Source of the DNA: Patescibacteria group bacterium
GTDB taxonomy: Bacteria; Patescibacteriota; Minisyncoccia; 2-02-FULL-40-12; GWA2-44-9
Direction of reading: 5' to 3'
Assembly: GCA_038064455.1 (NCBI GenBank)
Contig: JBBTTB010000006.1
Span: forward strand, 5,147 to 69,146
Length of the DNA stretch: 64,000 nt
Numbering within the stretch: the stretch's first letter is position 1; the number at the start of each line of letters is the position of its first letter. The translations under genes and the position numbers were made by a program. Shown in pieces: positions 18,176 through 26,593 of the stretch. The notes under the pieces were generated by a model. The model searched no databases, was not told the DNA's origin, and was given only the letters and a program-made list of their open reading frames with translations.

Positions 18176-18379
18176 ATGCCAACAGTGCAGTGTCCCAATT
18201 GTGGCGGAGACGTCTCGTTGATCGGTGGTTCGGATCGTATCCCGACCCGTGCGATGTCTTGCCGTCTCTGCGGTAAGACGCTCGAAGAGGCTCAGGATGC
18301 CGCTCAGCGACTTTCTGAGAAGAACGTCCTTTCGAAGGGCGGCACCGGAGAAGTGATCTGTGACATGCCCGGTCTGTAA
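18176..18379 (+). CDS. Small zinc-ribbon protein (CPNCGG...CRLCGK).
   Basis: GGAGGG RBS. Two CxxC pairs. A second CxxC..CxxC ORF follows in the +1 frame (see findings). Confidence 0.4.
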   Translation: MPTVQCPNCGGDVSLIGGSDRIPTRAMSCRLCGKTLEEAQDAAQRLSEKNVLSKGGTGEVICDMPGL

Positions 18380-18571
18380 CGAATCGCGTAACGTAGTCGG
18401 TATGCACCTTTTCTGCGTTCGTTGCGGGAAGGTGTCTGAACCCCGCACCGAGAGGGTTGCTACCATACTTAAAGATCAGCCGCGCATCACGCGGCCGTCG
18501 CAACCTCCCAGAATGCCACTCTGCACCTAGTGTGTGGGGAGGCGCAGGCCAAGGATTCGTCCTTGGCCTCT

Positions 18572-19171
18572 TTATTTTCTAAAATCGAGTGCGTTCTTGA
18601 GTGTCATCTCATCTGCATATTCCACATGGGTGCCAGAAGAAAGTCCGCGTGCAAGTTTTGTGATCCGTACATGTTCTAAGGGGCGAAGAAGGCTTTCAAT
18701 ATAGAGGGCGGTGGTTTCACCTGGTGCGTGCGCATTGGTGGCTAAAATGACCTCTACGGGGCGATCGGGGTGCGCGAGGGCGCCTACGCGCTGTATGAGC
18801 TCATGAATGCGGAGATTATCTGCAGTGACGCCATCTGCGGGGTGGATGGAGCCACCAAGCACATGATAACGGCCACGGTACAGCCCCGTGCGCTCAACAG
18901 ATTCAAGATCGGTGACCTTTTCTAGTACAAGAATAGTGTACGGATCTCGCTTCGCATCCTCACAGACTCGGCAGGTGTCTCCATCAGATATATTAAAGCA
19001 AGTGGTGCAGGTTTTTACGGCAGTTTTGAGCCGGGTAATGGCATCACCAAGCATTACGAGATCGCGTTCGTCGTGGTTGATGAGCGCCAACACAAAGCGG
19101 AGCGCTTGGCGGGGGCCAACGCCAGGGAGTCTCTGAAGCATGCGCGAGAGCGCAATAATATGTTCGTTCAT
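18572..19171 (-). CDS. recR: Recombination protein RecR.
   Basis: N-terminal HhH (LQRLPGVGPRQALRF), C4 zinc finger (CTTC...CRVC) and a Toprim domain. Confidence 0.9.
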   Translation of the reverse strand: MNEHIIALSRMLQRLPGVGPRQALRFVLALINHDERDLVMLGDAITRLKTAVKTCTTCFNISDGDTCRVCEDAKRDPYTILVLEKVTDLESVERTGLYRGRYHVLGGSIHPADGVTADNLRIHELIQRVGALAHPDRPVEVILATNAHAPGETTALYIESLLRPLEHVRITKLARGLSSGTHVEYADEMTLKNALDFRK

Positions 19172-19177
19172 GGAGAG

Positions 19178-20569
19178 TTAGAACGTTGCGGGGCCGTCGT
19201 AGTTATGCTGACGGTCTACCTCATAGAATTGTAAACTATCTGGGTCAATATAGAAATCAATGTCGCCGGTAGGGCCGTTACGATGCTTTGCAATAATGAG
19301 TTGCGCCATGTTGAGTTTATTTTCTTGCTGGGCCTTGGAGAAATTTACTTTGTCATCGCGGTGAATGAACATGACCACGTCTGCATCTTGTTCAATAGAG
19401 CCGGAGTCGCGCAAGTCAGAGAGCTTCGGGCGATGGCCGTCGCGGCTTTCAATAGCGCGCGAGAGCTGGGAGAGTGCGATAACGGGGATATTTAACTCCT
19501 TCGCAAGTCCCTTGAGCCCCCGAGAGATTTCAGTGACTTGTTGTACAGCGCTATCGTAATCTTTGCGACCCGCCATGAGCTGGAGATAATCAACGACCAC
19601 CGCGCCAAGATTGTGTTCAGCATGGAGGCGACGGGCGACAGCACGCATTTGAAGCACATTCATACTCGCGCTGTCATCGATAAATACGGGCGTAGTTTTC
19701 AGTTCACTAATAGCAGTGGTGATGCGGAGAAAGTCGTTATCTGCGCCATCGTGAGAGAGGCGTCCGGTGCGGAGCTTCCAGAGTGAAACACCAGACTTTG
19801 ATGCAATAAAACGATCAACCACTTGATCTGTGGACATTTCCAAACTAAAGATGGCAACGGGTGTTCCGTTCGCCGCAAGTCGTCCCGCAATATCGATAGA
19901 GAATGCCGTTTTACCTACCGAAGGGCGCGCGGCAATAATGACGAGGTCAGAGCGTTGGAATCCTCCGAGCATTTCATCTAACTTCGTGTGTCGCGTAGGG
20001 AGTCCGCGCAGTTCGCCAGTGTCCTGCGTGCTGATGCGCTCCATCGCGGCATCCAAACTACTGGCAAGCGCTGTAAAGTTTTGTGGGCGAGACTTCTCGC
20101 CGATGGCAAACAATTTACGCTCGGCTTCGTCGAGAAGCGTTTCGGTATCCTCGTCTTCGCGGTAGCCAAGGCCAATGATCTCATGAGCTACATCAATAAG
20201 ATTACGCAGGGTGCGCTTCTTCTGAAGAATGCGTCCATACGTAGAGGCGTGCGCGGCGGAAGGAACTGCGCTTGCGAGTGATGTAAGAAATCCAACGCCG
20301 CCGATGTCTGCAAGCACGCCTCGTTCTGCGAGTACGTTGGAGACACTTAGTACATCGATAGCGTCGCGCTTTTCAAACAAAGAAATCACCGCCTCATAGA
20401 TGTGCTGGTGGTTGCGATGGTAAAAATCTTCAGGACGCAGAAAGTCAACAACGCGGTTGATGGCTTCTCGATCAATTAAAAGAGCCCCTAACAGCGTCTT
20501 CTCTGCGTCGGTGCTATGCGGAGGTGTCTGTGTGGGGACTTGTGGTGCGCTTCCTGCCATGGAGCTCAT
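19178..20569 (-). CDS. dnaB: Replicative DNA helicase DnaB.
   Basis: DnaB N-terminal domain (LLIDREAINRVVDFLRPEDFY..HQHIYEA), Walker A ARPSVGKTAFSIDIA and the RecA-like core. There is no intein. Confidence 0.9.
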   Translation of the reverse strand: MSSMAGSAPQVPTQTPPHSTDAEKTLLGALLIDREAINRVVDFLRPEDFYHRNHQHIYEAVISLFEKRDAIDVLSVSNVLAERGVLADIGGVGFLTSLASAVPSAAHASTYGRILQKKRTLRNLIDVAHEIIGLGYREDEDTETLLDEAERKLFAIGEKSRPQNFTALASSLDAAMERISTQDTGELRGLPTRHTKLDEMLGGFQRSDLVIIAARPSVGKTAFSIDIAGRLAANGTPVAIFSLEMSTDQVVDRFIASKSGVSLWKLRTGRLSHDGADNDFLRITTAISELKTTPVFIDDSASMNVLQMRAVARRLHAEHNLGAVVVDYLQLMAGRKDYDSAVQQVTEISRGLKGLAKELNIPVIALSQLSRAIESRDGHRPKLSDLRDSGSIEQDADVVMFIHRDDKVNFSKAQQENKLNMAQLIIAKHRNGPTGDIDFYIDPDSLQFYEVDRQHNYDGPATF

Positions 20570-20635
20570 TATTCATCTTCTATACGTGTGCGCAACTCTT
20601 TCTGTGGAGAGTGTGTGGATGTCTCCGTGATTCTT

Positions 20636-20664
20636 TTGACCTGCATAGAAAAAAGGTGTATAGT
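20636..20664 (+). promoter_or_regulatory. Near-consensus sigma70 promoter TTGACC-N17-TATAGT.
   Basis: -35 at 20636-20641 and -10 at 20659-20664. It drives the small ORF at 20703. Confidence 0.6.
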
Positions 20665-20702
20665 ACTATCTTCACGACGCATGCTTCACTAAGGAGGAAT
20701 GC

Positions 20703-20876
20703 ATGTCTAAGTCCCAGCCGTCCACCAAGGAGGGGCCCGAGCTCATCAACTACATGGGGACCTATTACAGGGTGGCCGGCTTCTTCCGCCGAAAGGGAGA
20801 GAAGTTCGTGACATTCTGTGGCGAGAGTGGGATCGAGCGGAGCGTGCCGCTCGCGAAGGTCTCCGTGATCGCCTGA
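20703..20876 (+). CDS. Small hypothetical protein (57 aa), GC-rich.
   Basis: AAGGAGG RBS 6 nt upstream. Consensus promoter upstream. Followed by hairpins (GGGGGT..ACCCCC) and a T-rich tract. Confidence 0.4.
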   Translation: MSKSQPSTKEGPELINYMGTYYRVAGFFRRKGEKFVTFCGESGIERSVPLAKVSVIA

Positions 20877-20897
20877 TCGCTAGAGAGCATCTCTCTG

Positions 20898-20935
20898 GCG
20901 AGGGGGGGTGGCAATGTTGCGCTACCCCCTTATTT
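20898..20935. terminator. Bidirectional terminator-like hairpin between the small ORF and the convergent cysS.
   Basis: gggggtggcaatgttgcgctaccccc followed by ttatttatttg. Confidence 0.5.
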
Positions 20936-22394
20936 ATTTGCGCTTTAAACGATAGCCCGTAGGCGTGTCATCGATAGCGTAACCCTTTTGGATAATAGTA
21001 TCACGCAGCTCATCGGCGAGTGTGAATGCTTTTGCACGCTTTGCATCCTGTCGTTGTTCCGCGAGCTCCTGAATATCTTTTGGAATCGGAGCGTTGGGAC
21101 GCGGGATCACGCCAAGGACTGTGTCAAAGAAATCGAAGAGTTGAAAAATCTTGTGTGCGGAATGCATATCAACGGAACGCTTATCAAGTGCCGTGTTGAT
21201 GGCGCGGATACTCTCAAAGAGTATTGCAATGACTGCTGGTGTGTCGAAGTCGTTATTGAGCGCCGTGAGCGCCGCTTCGTGGTGCGTCGCAAGCTCATGT
21301 GCGATTGATGCGTCTTGTTTATGCGCGTAAGGCGTATCTTCTTCTTGCGCAACGAGACGATCAAGACACTCTCTGATACGTGTTACTGCTGTTTCACTTG
21401 CATCGAGTGCTTCGTATGAAAAGGTAAGCGGCGAACGATAATGCGCGCCGAGGAGAAAGAGGCGAATCGCTTGTGGTGAATATGTCTCAAGAAGTGTACG
21501 GAGTGGAACAAAATTACCGAGCGACTTCGACATTTTTTCCTCACCCATGTGTAAGAAGCCAGCATGCATCCAGTGGCGTACAAATGGTGTTTTTCCTGAC
21601 GCGGCTTGTTGTTGCGCTATCTCTGCCTCATGGTGGGGGAAGATGAGATCCTGTGCCCCTCCATGGAGGTCGTATTGAGCGCCAAAGTACGTTTCGCTAA
21701 TTGCGGTGTCTTCTATGTGCCACCCGGGGCGGCCGTTACCCCACGGAGAGTCCCATGAAGGCTCGTAGGCGTAGTTTTTAGCCTTCCAGAGCACGAAATC
21801 GCGCGCACTGCGTTTGTTCTCCTCCAGTGCTACACGGGCGCCTTCTACGAGCGTCTTTGCATCAGTATGCCCAGAGAGAACACCATAGTTGTTTGGAAAA
21901 TCTGTCTCATAAGCGCGCACATCAAAATACACATCAGAAAGATCCATGGGATCGAGCGCCGCATGACCTTCGGCTTTGCGCGCGGGTACTGCGTATGCGT
22001 ACCGCTTGGCTATGAGTGTTTGAATCTGTTGAATAATAGCAGTGATAACATCGGTGGCGCGTACGTACGCGGTCGGGCTCGTGATTCCGAGTAGGCGCGT
22101 GTCGGTAAGAAAGGCTTCCGTATACGTCCGCGCAAGATCTTCAGCTGCTTTTTTCTCCGTGTGTGCGCGTTCAATAATTTTGTTATCGATGTCAGTAATA
22201 TTCTGGATATATGTTACGTGGATGTCTTGTGCGCGTAACGCACGCGCAACGACATCGAACACTACAAAGGTGCGCGCATTTCCAATGTGGATGTAATCAT
22301 AGACCGTTGGGCCACACACAAACATGCGAATAGAATCACCGGGCAAGGCAAGCGGGTCAACCTTTTTTGTGCGTGTGTTGTATGCGTTTACCAT
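20934..22394 (-). CDS. cysS: Cysteinyl-tRNA synthetase.
   Basis: Class I aaRS. CGPTVYDYIHIGNART is the CysS signature with a HIGN variant of HIGH. KMSKSLGN motif. Start is probably Met16 of the track ORF, and it abuts the mntH stop. Confidence 0.85.
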   Translation of the reverse strand: MVNAYNTRTKKVDPLALPGDSIRMFVCGPTVYDYIHIGNARTFVVFDVVARALRAQDIHVTYIQNITDIDNKIIERAHTEKKAAEDLARTYTEAFLTDTRLLGITSPTAYVRATDVITAIIQQIQTLIAKRYAYAVPARKAEGHAALDPMDLSDVYFDVRAYETDFPNNYGVLSGHTDAKTLVEGARVALEENKRSARDFVLWKAKNYAYEPSWDSPWGNGRPGWHIEDTAISETYFGAQYDLHGGAQDLIFPHHEAEIAQQQAASGKTPFVRHWMHAGFLHMGEEKMSKSLGNFVPLRTLLETYSPQAIRLFLLGAHYRSPLTFSYEALDASETAVTRIRECLDRLVAQEEDTPYAHKQDASIAHELATHHEAALTALNNDFDTPAVIAILFESIRAINTALDKRSVDMHSAHKIFQLFDFFDTVLGVIPRPNAPIPKDIQELAEQRQDAKRAKAFTLADELRDTIIQKGYAIDDTPTGYRLKRK

Positions 22395-23659
22395 ATACCA
22401 GGTATGATAAGCAAAATACCAGTGATTGTCATGACCCATGTCGCGCCAAGTGCCAACCCGCGGATGGTTGGGCTACTCACGCGATCGCCGACGATCGCCT
22501 TATTGTTTGCCATGTGGGTAATAAGAAGAATAAGTGGTGGCGAAACAATGGCGTGAAGTATCGCAGTATAAAAAAGTGCTTGTACGGGCGAAATACCGCC
22601 AAATGGAACGATGAGACCAACGAAAGCGGAACATGCAAGAACAATATAAAATGCGCGCGCACGAGAAAATGGTTTATCGAGGCTTCGCTCCCAGTCAAAA
22701 ATTTCTGCGAGCACATATGCGGCTGAACCAGCGAGAACAGGGATAGCAAGAAACCCAGAGCTAATAAGTCCTAGAGTAAATAATACATATGCGTATTCTC
22801 CAGCGAGTGGGCGTAGCGCTTCGGCGATTTGTGCGATGCTCTCAACGTCGCGCGCGCCAGCGCCGTAGAGCGTAGCGCCCGTGAGCGCAACAATAAAATA
22901 GGCAACGACATTTGAAAAAGACATACCGATTACAGTATCGAGCTCAATAACGTTCAGACGATTATCCGTAAGGGGGCGAAATTTACATACGCGGATCCGT
23001 GTATTTTTTTCCCGAACCTCTTCCGCCTCTTCGCTCGATTGCCAGAAGTAAAGGTAGGGAGAAATAGTAGTTCCGAGAATGGCAAAAAATACGAGCACAG
23101 TATCTCGATCCCATGAAAGCGCCGGAAGAAGCGTGTGAACGAGCATGTCATATGCGTCGCCTTGAACAATTGCGAACGCGCCAATATATGCAAGGAGTGA
23201 AAGCGCCAGCCATTTAAAGATCGCAACAATGGTGGCATAGCGGAGCCATATGATCATGCCCACAATGAGAAGAGTAAGTGTAGTGGCGGTGAGCATGGTT
23301 GGAAGTCCGGGGAATAAGAGCTGTGCCGCACTTGTCATGCCAGCGATGTCCGCACCAATATTGAGTACATTAGCTCCAATAATGCCTCCAGAAACAATAG
23401 CGAGAAGCCAGGTAGGATAATGCCGTTTAATATTCCCTGTGAGGCCACATGCCGAAAGTGCGCCAATACGTGCGCTCATTTCTTGGATAGCGATCATGAA
23501 CGGAATGGTAAACGGAAGCGCCCACAAGAGGCCAAATCCTGTTTTTGCACCCGCGATAGAATAAGAAGCAATGCCAGAGGGGTCGTTATCAGAAGCTCCT
23601 GTGATAAGACCTGGACCGAGCGCTTTCCAAAATGATCGAATAGAGCGGAAAAATGCCAC
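22388..23659 (-). CDS. mntH: NRAMP-family divalent metal (Mn2+/Fe2+) transporter.
   Basis: GPGLITGASDNDPSGIASY signature. About 11 TM helices. Confidence 0.8.
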   Translation of the reverse strand: MAFFRSIRSFWKALGPGLITGASDNDPSGIASYSIAGAKTGFGLLWALPFTIPFMIAIQEMSARIGALSACGLTGNIKRHYPTWLLAIVSGGIIGANVLNIGADIAGMTSAAQLLFPGLPTMLTATTLTLLIVGMIIWLRYATIVAIFKWLALSLLAYIGAFAIVQGDAYDMLVHTLLPALSWDRDTVLVFFAILGTTISPYLYFWQSSEEAEEVREKNTRIRVCKFRPLTDNRLNVIELDTVIGMSFSNVVAYFIVALTGATLYGAGARDVESIAQIAEALRPLAGEYAYVLFTLGLISSGFLAIPVLAGSAAYVLAEIFDWERSLDKPFSRARAFYIVLACSAFVGLIVPFGGISPVQALFYTAILHAIVSPPLILLITHMANNKAIVGDRVSSPTIRGLALGATWVMTITGILLIIPGIW

Positions 23660-23741
23660 AACAAAAATATAAGTGCATCTAGTATATCATGAAGTGGCAT
23701 CGCTAGAGCTTCTGTGTGTGTATGATATACTGGCGTTCACT

Positions 23742-24311
23742 ATGAATATTTCTCCACGCGAACAGGGTTTATCGCCCATTGGGATCATCGCTCTTTTTGC
23801 GGGGTTAGTGATCGTAGGAAGTGCCCTGTATGTGCGTTATGGGGTGCCGGACCAATCTGCTCGCGAAGATGGCGAGCCTGTAATCCCCACACCTTCTTCG
23901 ATGCGACCAGAAACTTCAGCGCTTGCGCAGCCCATTCCTTTTTCTGGGACCAAGCTCGCAGGGTCGAACTCGCCATTTCTTGATTTTTCAGTTACTGATT
24001 ACAGCGCTGCAAAAGAGTCGGGGAGAATGATCGTCCTCTTCTTTTACGCAAGTTGGTGTCCTATCTGTAAGGCGGAAATGCCAAACATAGAAGGGGCATT
24101 TAACCAGCTCTCTACGGATCAGGTTGTTGGATTTCGCGTGAACTACAATGATTCAGACACTGATGATGTAGAAAAAGGCCTAGCGCGCGAATTTGGCATC
24201 GCCTATCAACACACGAAAGTATTTGTGAGAAATGGCGCTGTGGTCCTTAAGTCGGGAGAATCTTGGGATACGACTCGATATATACAGGAGATCAATAAAG
24301 TACTTCAATAA
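23742..24311 (+). CDS. Membrane-anchored thioredoxin-like thiol-disulfide oxidoreductase (TlpA/ResA-like).
   Basis: N-terminal TM segment. WCPIC active site in a thioredoxin fold (LFFYASWCPICKAEMP). Confidence 0.7.
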   Translation: MNISPREQGLSPIGIIALFAGLVIVGSALYVRYGVPDQSAREDGEPVIPTPSSMRPETSALAQPIPFSGTKLAGSNSPFLDFSVTDYSAAKESGRMIVLFFYASWCPICKAEMPNIEGAFNQLSTDQVVGFRVNYNDSDTDDVEKGLAREFGIAYQHTKVFVRNGAVVLKSGESWDTTRYIQEINKVLQ

Positions 24312-24313
24312 CT

Positions 24314-25021
24314 ATGCTAGAATTCCCCGTTATCGCAGCATTTGTTGGGGGGCTCGTTTCTTTTCTTTCTCCATGCATCGTTCCTATTGTGCCCGGGTTT
24401 CTGGCATATCTCGCGGGAACAACTCTTGCTGATGCTCCGCAACGTCGCCGCGACATGTTGGTGAATGCGGTTTGGTTTGTGGTCGGTTTTTCACTCGTTT
24501 TCGCAGTGCTTGGGGTGCTCCTCAACACCATCCTCGCAACAGTTGCGTATGATGCGCGCATATGGATGTCGCGCATTGGTGGCGGAGTTATTGTGCTCTT
24601 TGGCCTTATGCTCATGGATGTTATCCGCATTCCCTGGTTTACACAGACGCATGCAATGCAGGTGCACCCCGATACATCGGCACGGTGGCTCACCTCATTT
24701 CTCTTTGGCGCTGCTTTTGCGGCAGGGTGGACTCCATGTGTTGGGGCAGTGTTGGGCGCTATCCTTACTCTTTCTATCGCTCAACCGGGGACTGCCTTCG
24801 TGTTATTAATGGCATATGCGTTAGGCCTCGGCATTCCCTTTCTCCTTGCTGCGCTTTTTGCCTCTGCATTTCAAAAGGGAATTATGAGGTGGGGTGGGGT
24901 ATTGCCATATATTTCAAAGGTATTCGGGGTTCTTCTCGTAGTTATGGGGGTTTTGGTCATGATGCAACGCCTCGAGCGCATTGCATCCTTTGATATTCTG
25001 CTTCAGTTTTTGAGGCCCTAG
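24314..25021 (+). CDS. ccdA: Cytochrome c-type biogenesis/DsbD-like transmembrane electron transporter CcdA.
   Basis: Six TM segments and a conserved Cys in TM1 (LSPCIVPIVPGFLAYLAG). Classic partner of the TlpA-like protein. Confidence 0.8.
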   Translation: MLEFPVIAAFVGGLVSFLSPCIVPIVPGFLAYLAGTTLADAPQRRRDMLVNAVWFVVGFSLVFAVLGVLLNTILATVAYDARIWMSRIGGGVIVLFGLMLMDVIRIPWFTQTHAMQVHPDTSARWLTSFLFGAAFAAGWTPCVGAVLGAILTLSIAQPGTAFVLLMAYALGLGIPFLLAALFASAFQKGIMRWGGVLPYISKVFGVLLVVMGVLVMMQRLERIASFDILLQFLRP

Positions 25022-25043
25022 CTATGTCCACAGGAGGGGGGAT

Positions 25044-25070
25044 TTAGCACTCTTGACTTGAGAGTGCTAA
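25044..25070 (+). promoter_or_regulatory. CIRCE operator (HrcA binding site). Perfect TTAGCACTC-N9-GAGTGCTAA.
   Basis: Exact consensus inverted repeat. The spacer carries TTGACT (-35-like), with TATACT 18 nt downstream. hrcA may be leaderless. Confidence 0.9.
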
Positions 25071-25090
25071 ATTTTCTATACTATCCCTGC

Positions 25091-25849
25091 ATGCTTACGG
25101 AACGACAACAGCACCTCTTAGAGTTCGTTATTCGAACCTATGTACAGACCGCAGAACCCGTTGGTTCTGCGGCGGTGTGCGCGAGCGCTGGCATGGATGT
25201 GAGCCCTGCAACTATTCGTAATGACATGCAGGCGCTTGAAGAGCTTGGGTTTCTTACCCAGCCGCACACTTCAGCCGGTCGCGTGCCTACCGACCGTGCA
25301 TACCGTTGGTTTGTTGATGAGTTGGTGCGACGTGATGAGCATGCACTTGTTCCCATTCGTGATCGTCGTCGCATTGATGCCGTTGTGGGTGAGGCTACTT
25401 TCGACTCTCATTCGTTGAGTAGACATCTTGCCGCAACGCTCGCTGATCTCTTGGATAGCGCTGTCATCACACACGTTCGAGACCACGATGATTTTTATAA
25501 ATTTGGTCTCTCGGAGTTGATGGCCTTCCCAGAGTTTCAGCGTCTCGAGCGAACGATGCACGTTATGCATTTTGTTGATCGCTTCGATGATTTGTTCGGA
25601 GGCATAGAAGACGCGTTCTTCGGAAGCTGGCGGAGTGAGCCATATCGCATCTTTATTGGTAGAGAAAATCCTGTACGGACTATCCAAGATGAAGCAGTGA
25701 TCGTGGCGCGCTACCGTCTTCCGGGTAACCTGTCTGGTCTCCTCACTATTATTGGACCGATGCGTATGGACTATCGTCGTAATCTTGCATTACTTGCATA
25801 CGCAACCGACGCGCTGTCACGTGCCGCAGAAGAATCTGATGCTTATTAA
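25091..25849 (+). CDS. hrcA: Heat-inducible transcription repressor HrcA.
   Basis: MLTERQQHLLEFVIRTYVQTAEPVGS.. is a canonical HrcA N-terminal wHTH. Confidence 0.85.
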   Translation: MLTERQQHLLEFVIRTYVQTAEPVGSAAVCASAGMDVSPATIRNDMQALEELGFLTQPHTSAGRVPTDRAYRWFVDELVRRDEHALVPIRDRRRIDAVVGEATFDSHSLSRHLAATLADLLDSAVITHVRDHDDFYKFGLSELMAFPEFQRLERTMHVMHFVDRFDDLFGGIEDAFFGSWRSEPYRIFIGRENPVRTIQDEAVIVARYRLPGNLSGLLTIIGPMRMDYRRNLALLAYATDALSRAAEESDAY

Positions 25850-25855
25850 GCTCTC

Positions 25856-26371
25856 ATGACACATACCAACACACCACATCCAGAAGTTTCAGAAAGCGCC
25901 CAGCGGATCACCGAACTTGAAGGTCAGCTCGCTCGTGCGCACGCTGACTTTATTAACTATCGTAAAGATGAATCTCGTCGTGCGATAGAGATGACCGAGC
26001 GTGCAGGGGAGCGCGTGGTAAACGACCTTCTCGAAGGGCTCGATTCTGTTGAGGCGTTAGTAGCGCACACGCCTGAGGCCGTCCAAACGCAATTCGCTGA
26101 TTGGTCAAAGGGCCTTGTCTTAGTTCGCGATCAGGTGCGTGCCGTCCTTATGCGCCACGGTGTCGTTGAGATTCCCTTTCAAGGAGTGGCTTTTGACCCA
26201 GCGCTTCATGAGGCTATCGGCAATGATGTGGTTGCCGACGTGGGGCAGGATGGAATGATCACCTCATGCCTCCGTGTCGGATATACCATGCATGGTCGCG
26301 TGCTTCGTCCAGCGCAGGTGCGCGTTGGTTCGTTCCGTGAGCAGAAGAAAGACAAAGCAGTAGCGCAGTAA
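25856..26371 (+). CDS. grpE: Nucleotide exchange factor GrpE.
   Basis: Coiled-coil N-terminus and a GrpE C-terminal beta domain. Position is hrcA-grpE-dnaK. Confidence 0.85.
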   Translation: MTHTNTPHPEVSESAQRITELEGQLARAHADFINYRKDESRRAIEMTERAGERVVNDLLEGLDSVEALVAHTPEAVQTQFADWSKGLVLVRDQVRAVLMRHGVVEIPFQGVAFDPALHEAIGNDVVADVGQDGMITSCLRVGYTMHGRVLRPAQVRVGSFREQKKDKAVAQ

Positions 26372-26446
26372 TTCATGAGAACGGGGAGAGTTTCTGCGTG
26401 GCGATGCTCCGCAGGCTACTCTTCCGGTTCGAAGAGTGATCAAGTA

Positions 26447-26579
26447 GAGCGCATTCCACAATAAACAGCATTCGGAGCCCGAGCGGGCAGGGTGTCTCCG
26501 TAAGGAGACGAGCGAGGGCGAGTGAGACCGCACAGTCCCGCTGGGGCTGTGACGGGACTGTTTATGTGGAATGTGCTCT
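26447..26579 (+). ncRNA. Highly structured element of about 130 nt in the grpE-dnaK intergenic region. Candidate cis-regulatory RNA or small RNA.
   Basis: About 22-bp near-perfect outer stem agagcgcattccacaataaacag / ctgtttatgtggaatgtgctct. It encloses a GTCTCC-GTAA-GGAGAC GNRA hairpin and an 8-bp cagtcccg/cgggactg hairpin. Confidence 0.35.
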
Positions 26580-26593
26580 ACGAACTATTATTT

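Noticed and set aside
22287-22726. Plus-strand ORFs overlapping the cysS/mntH junction.
   Set aside because: They are antisense to two well-supported minus-strand genes.
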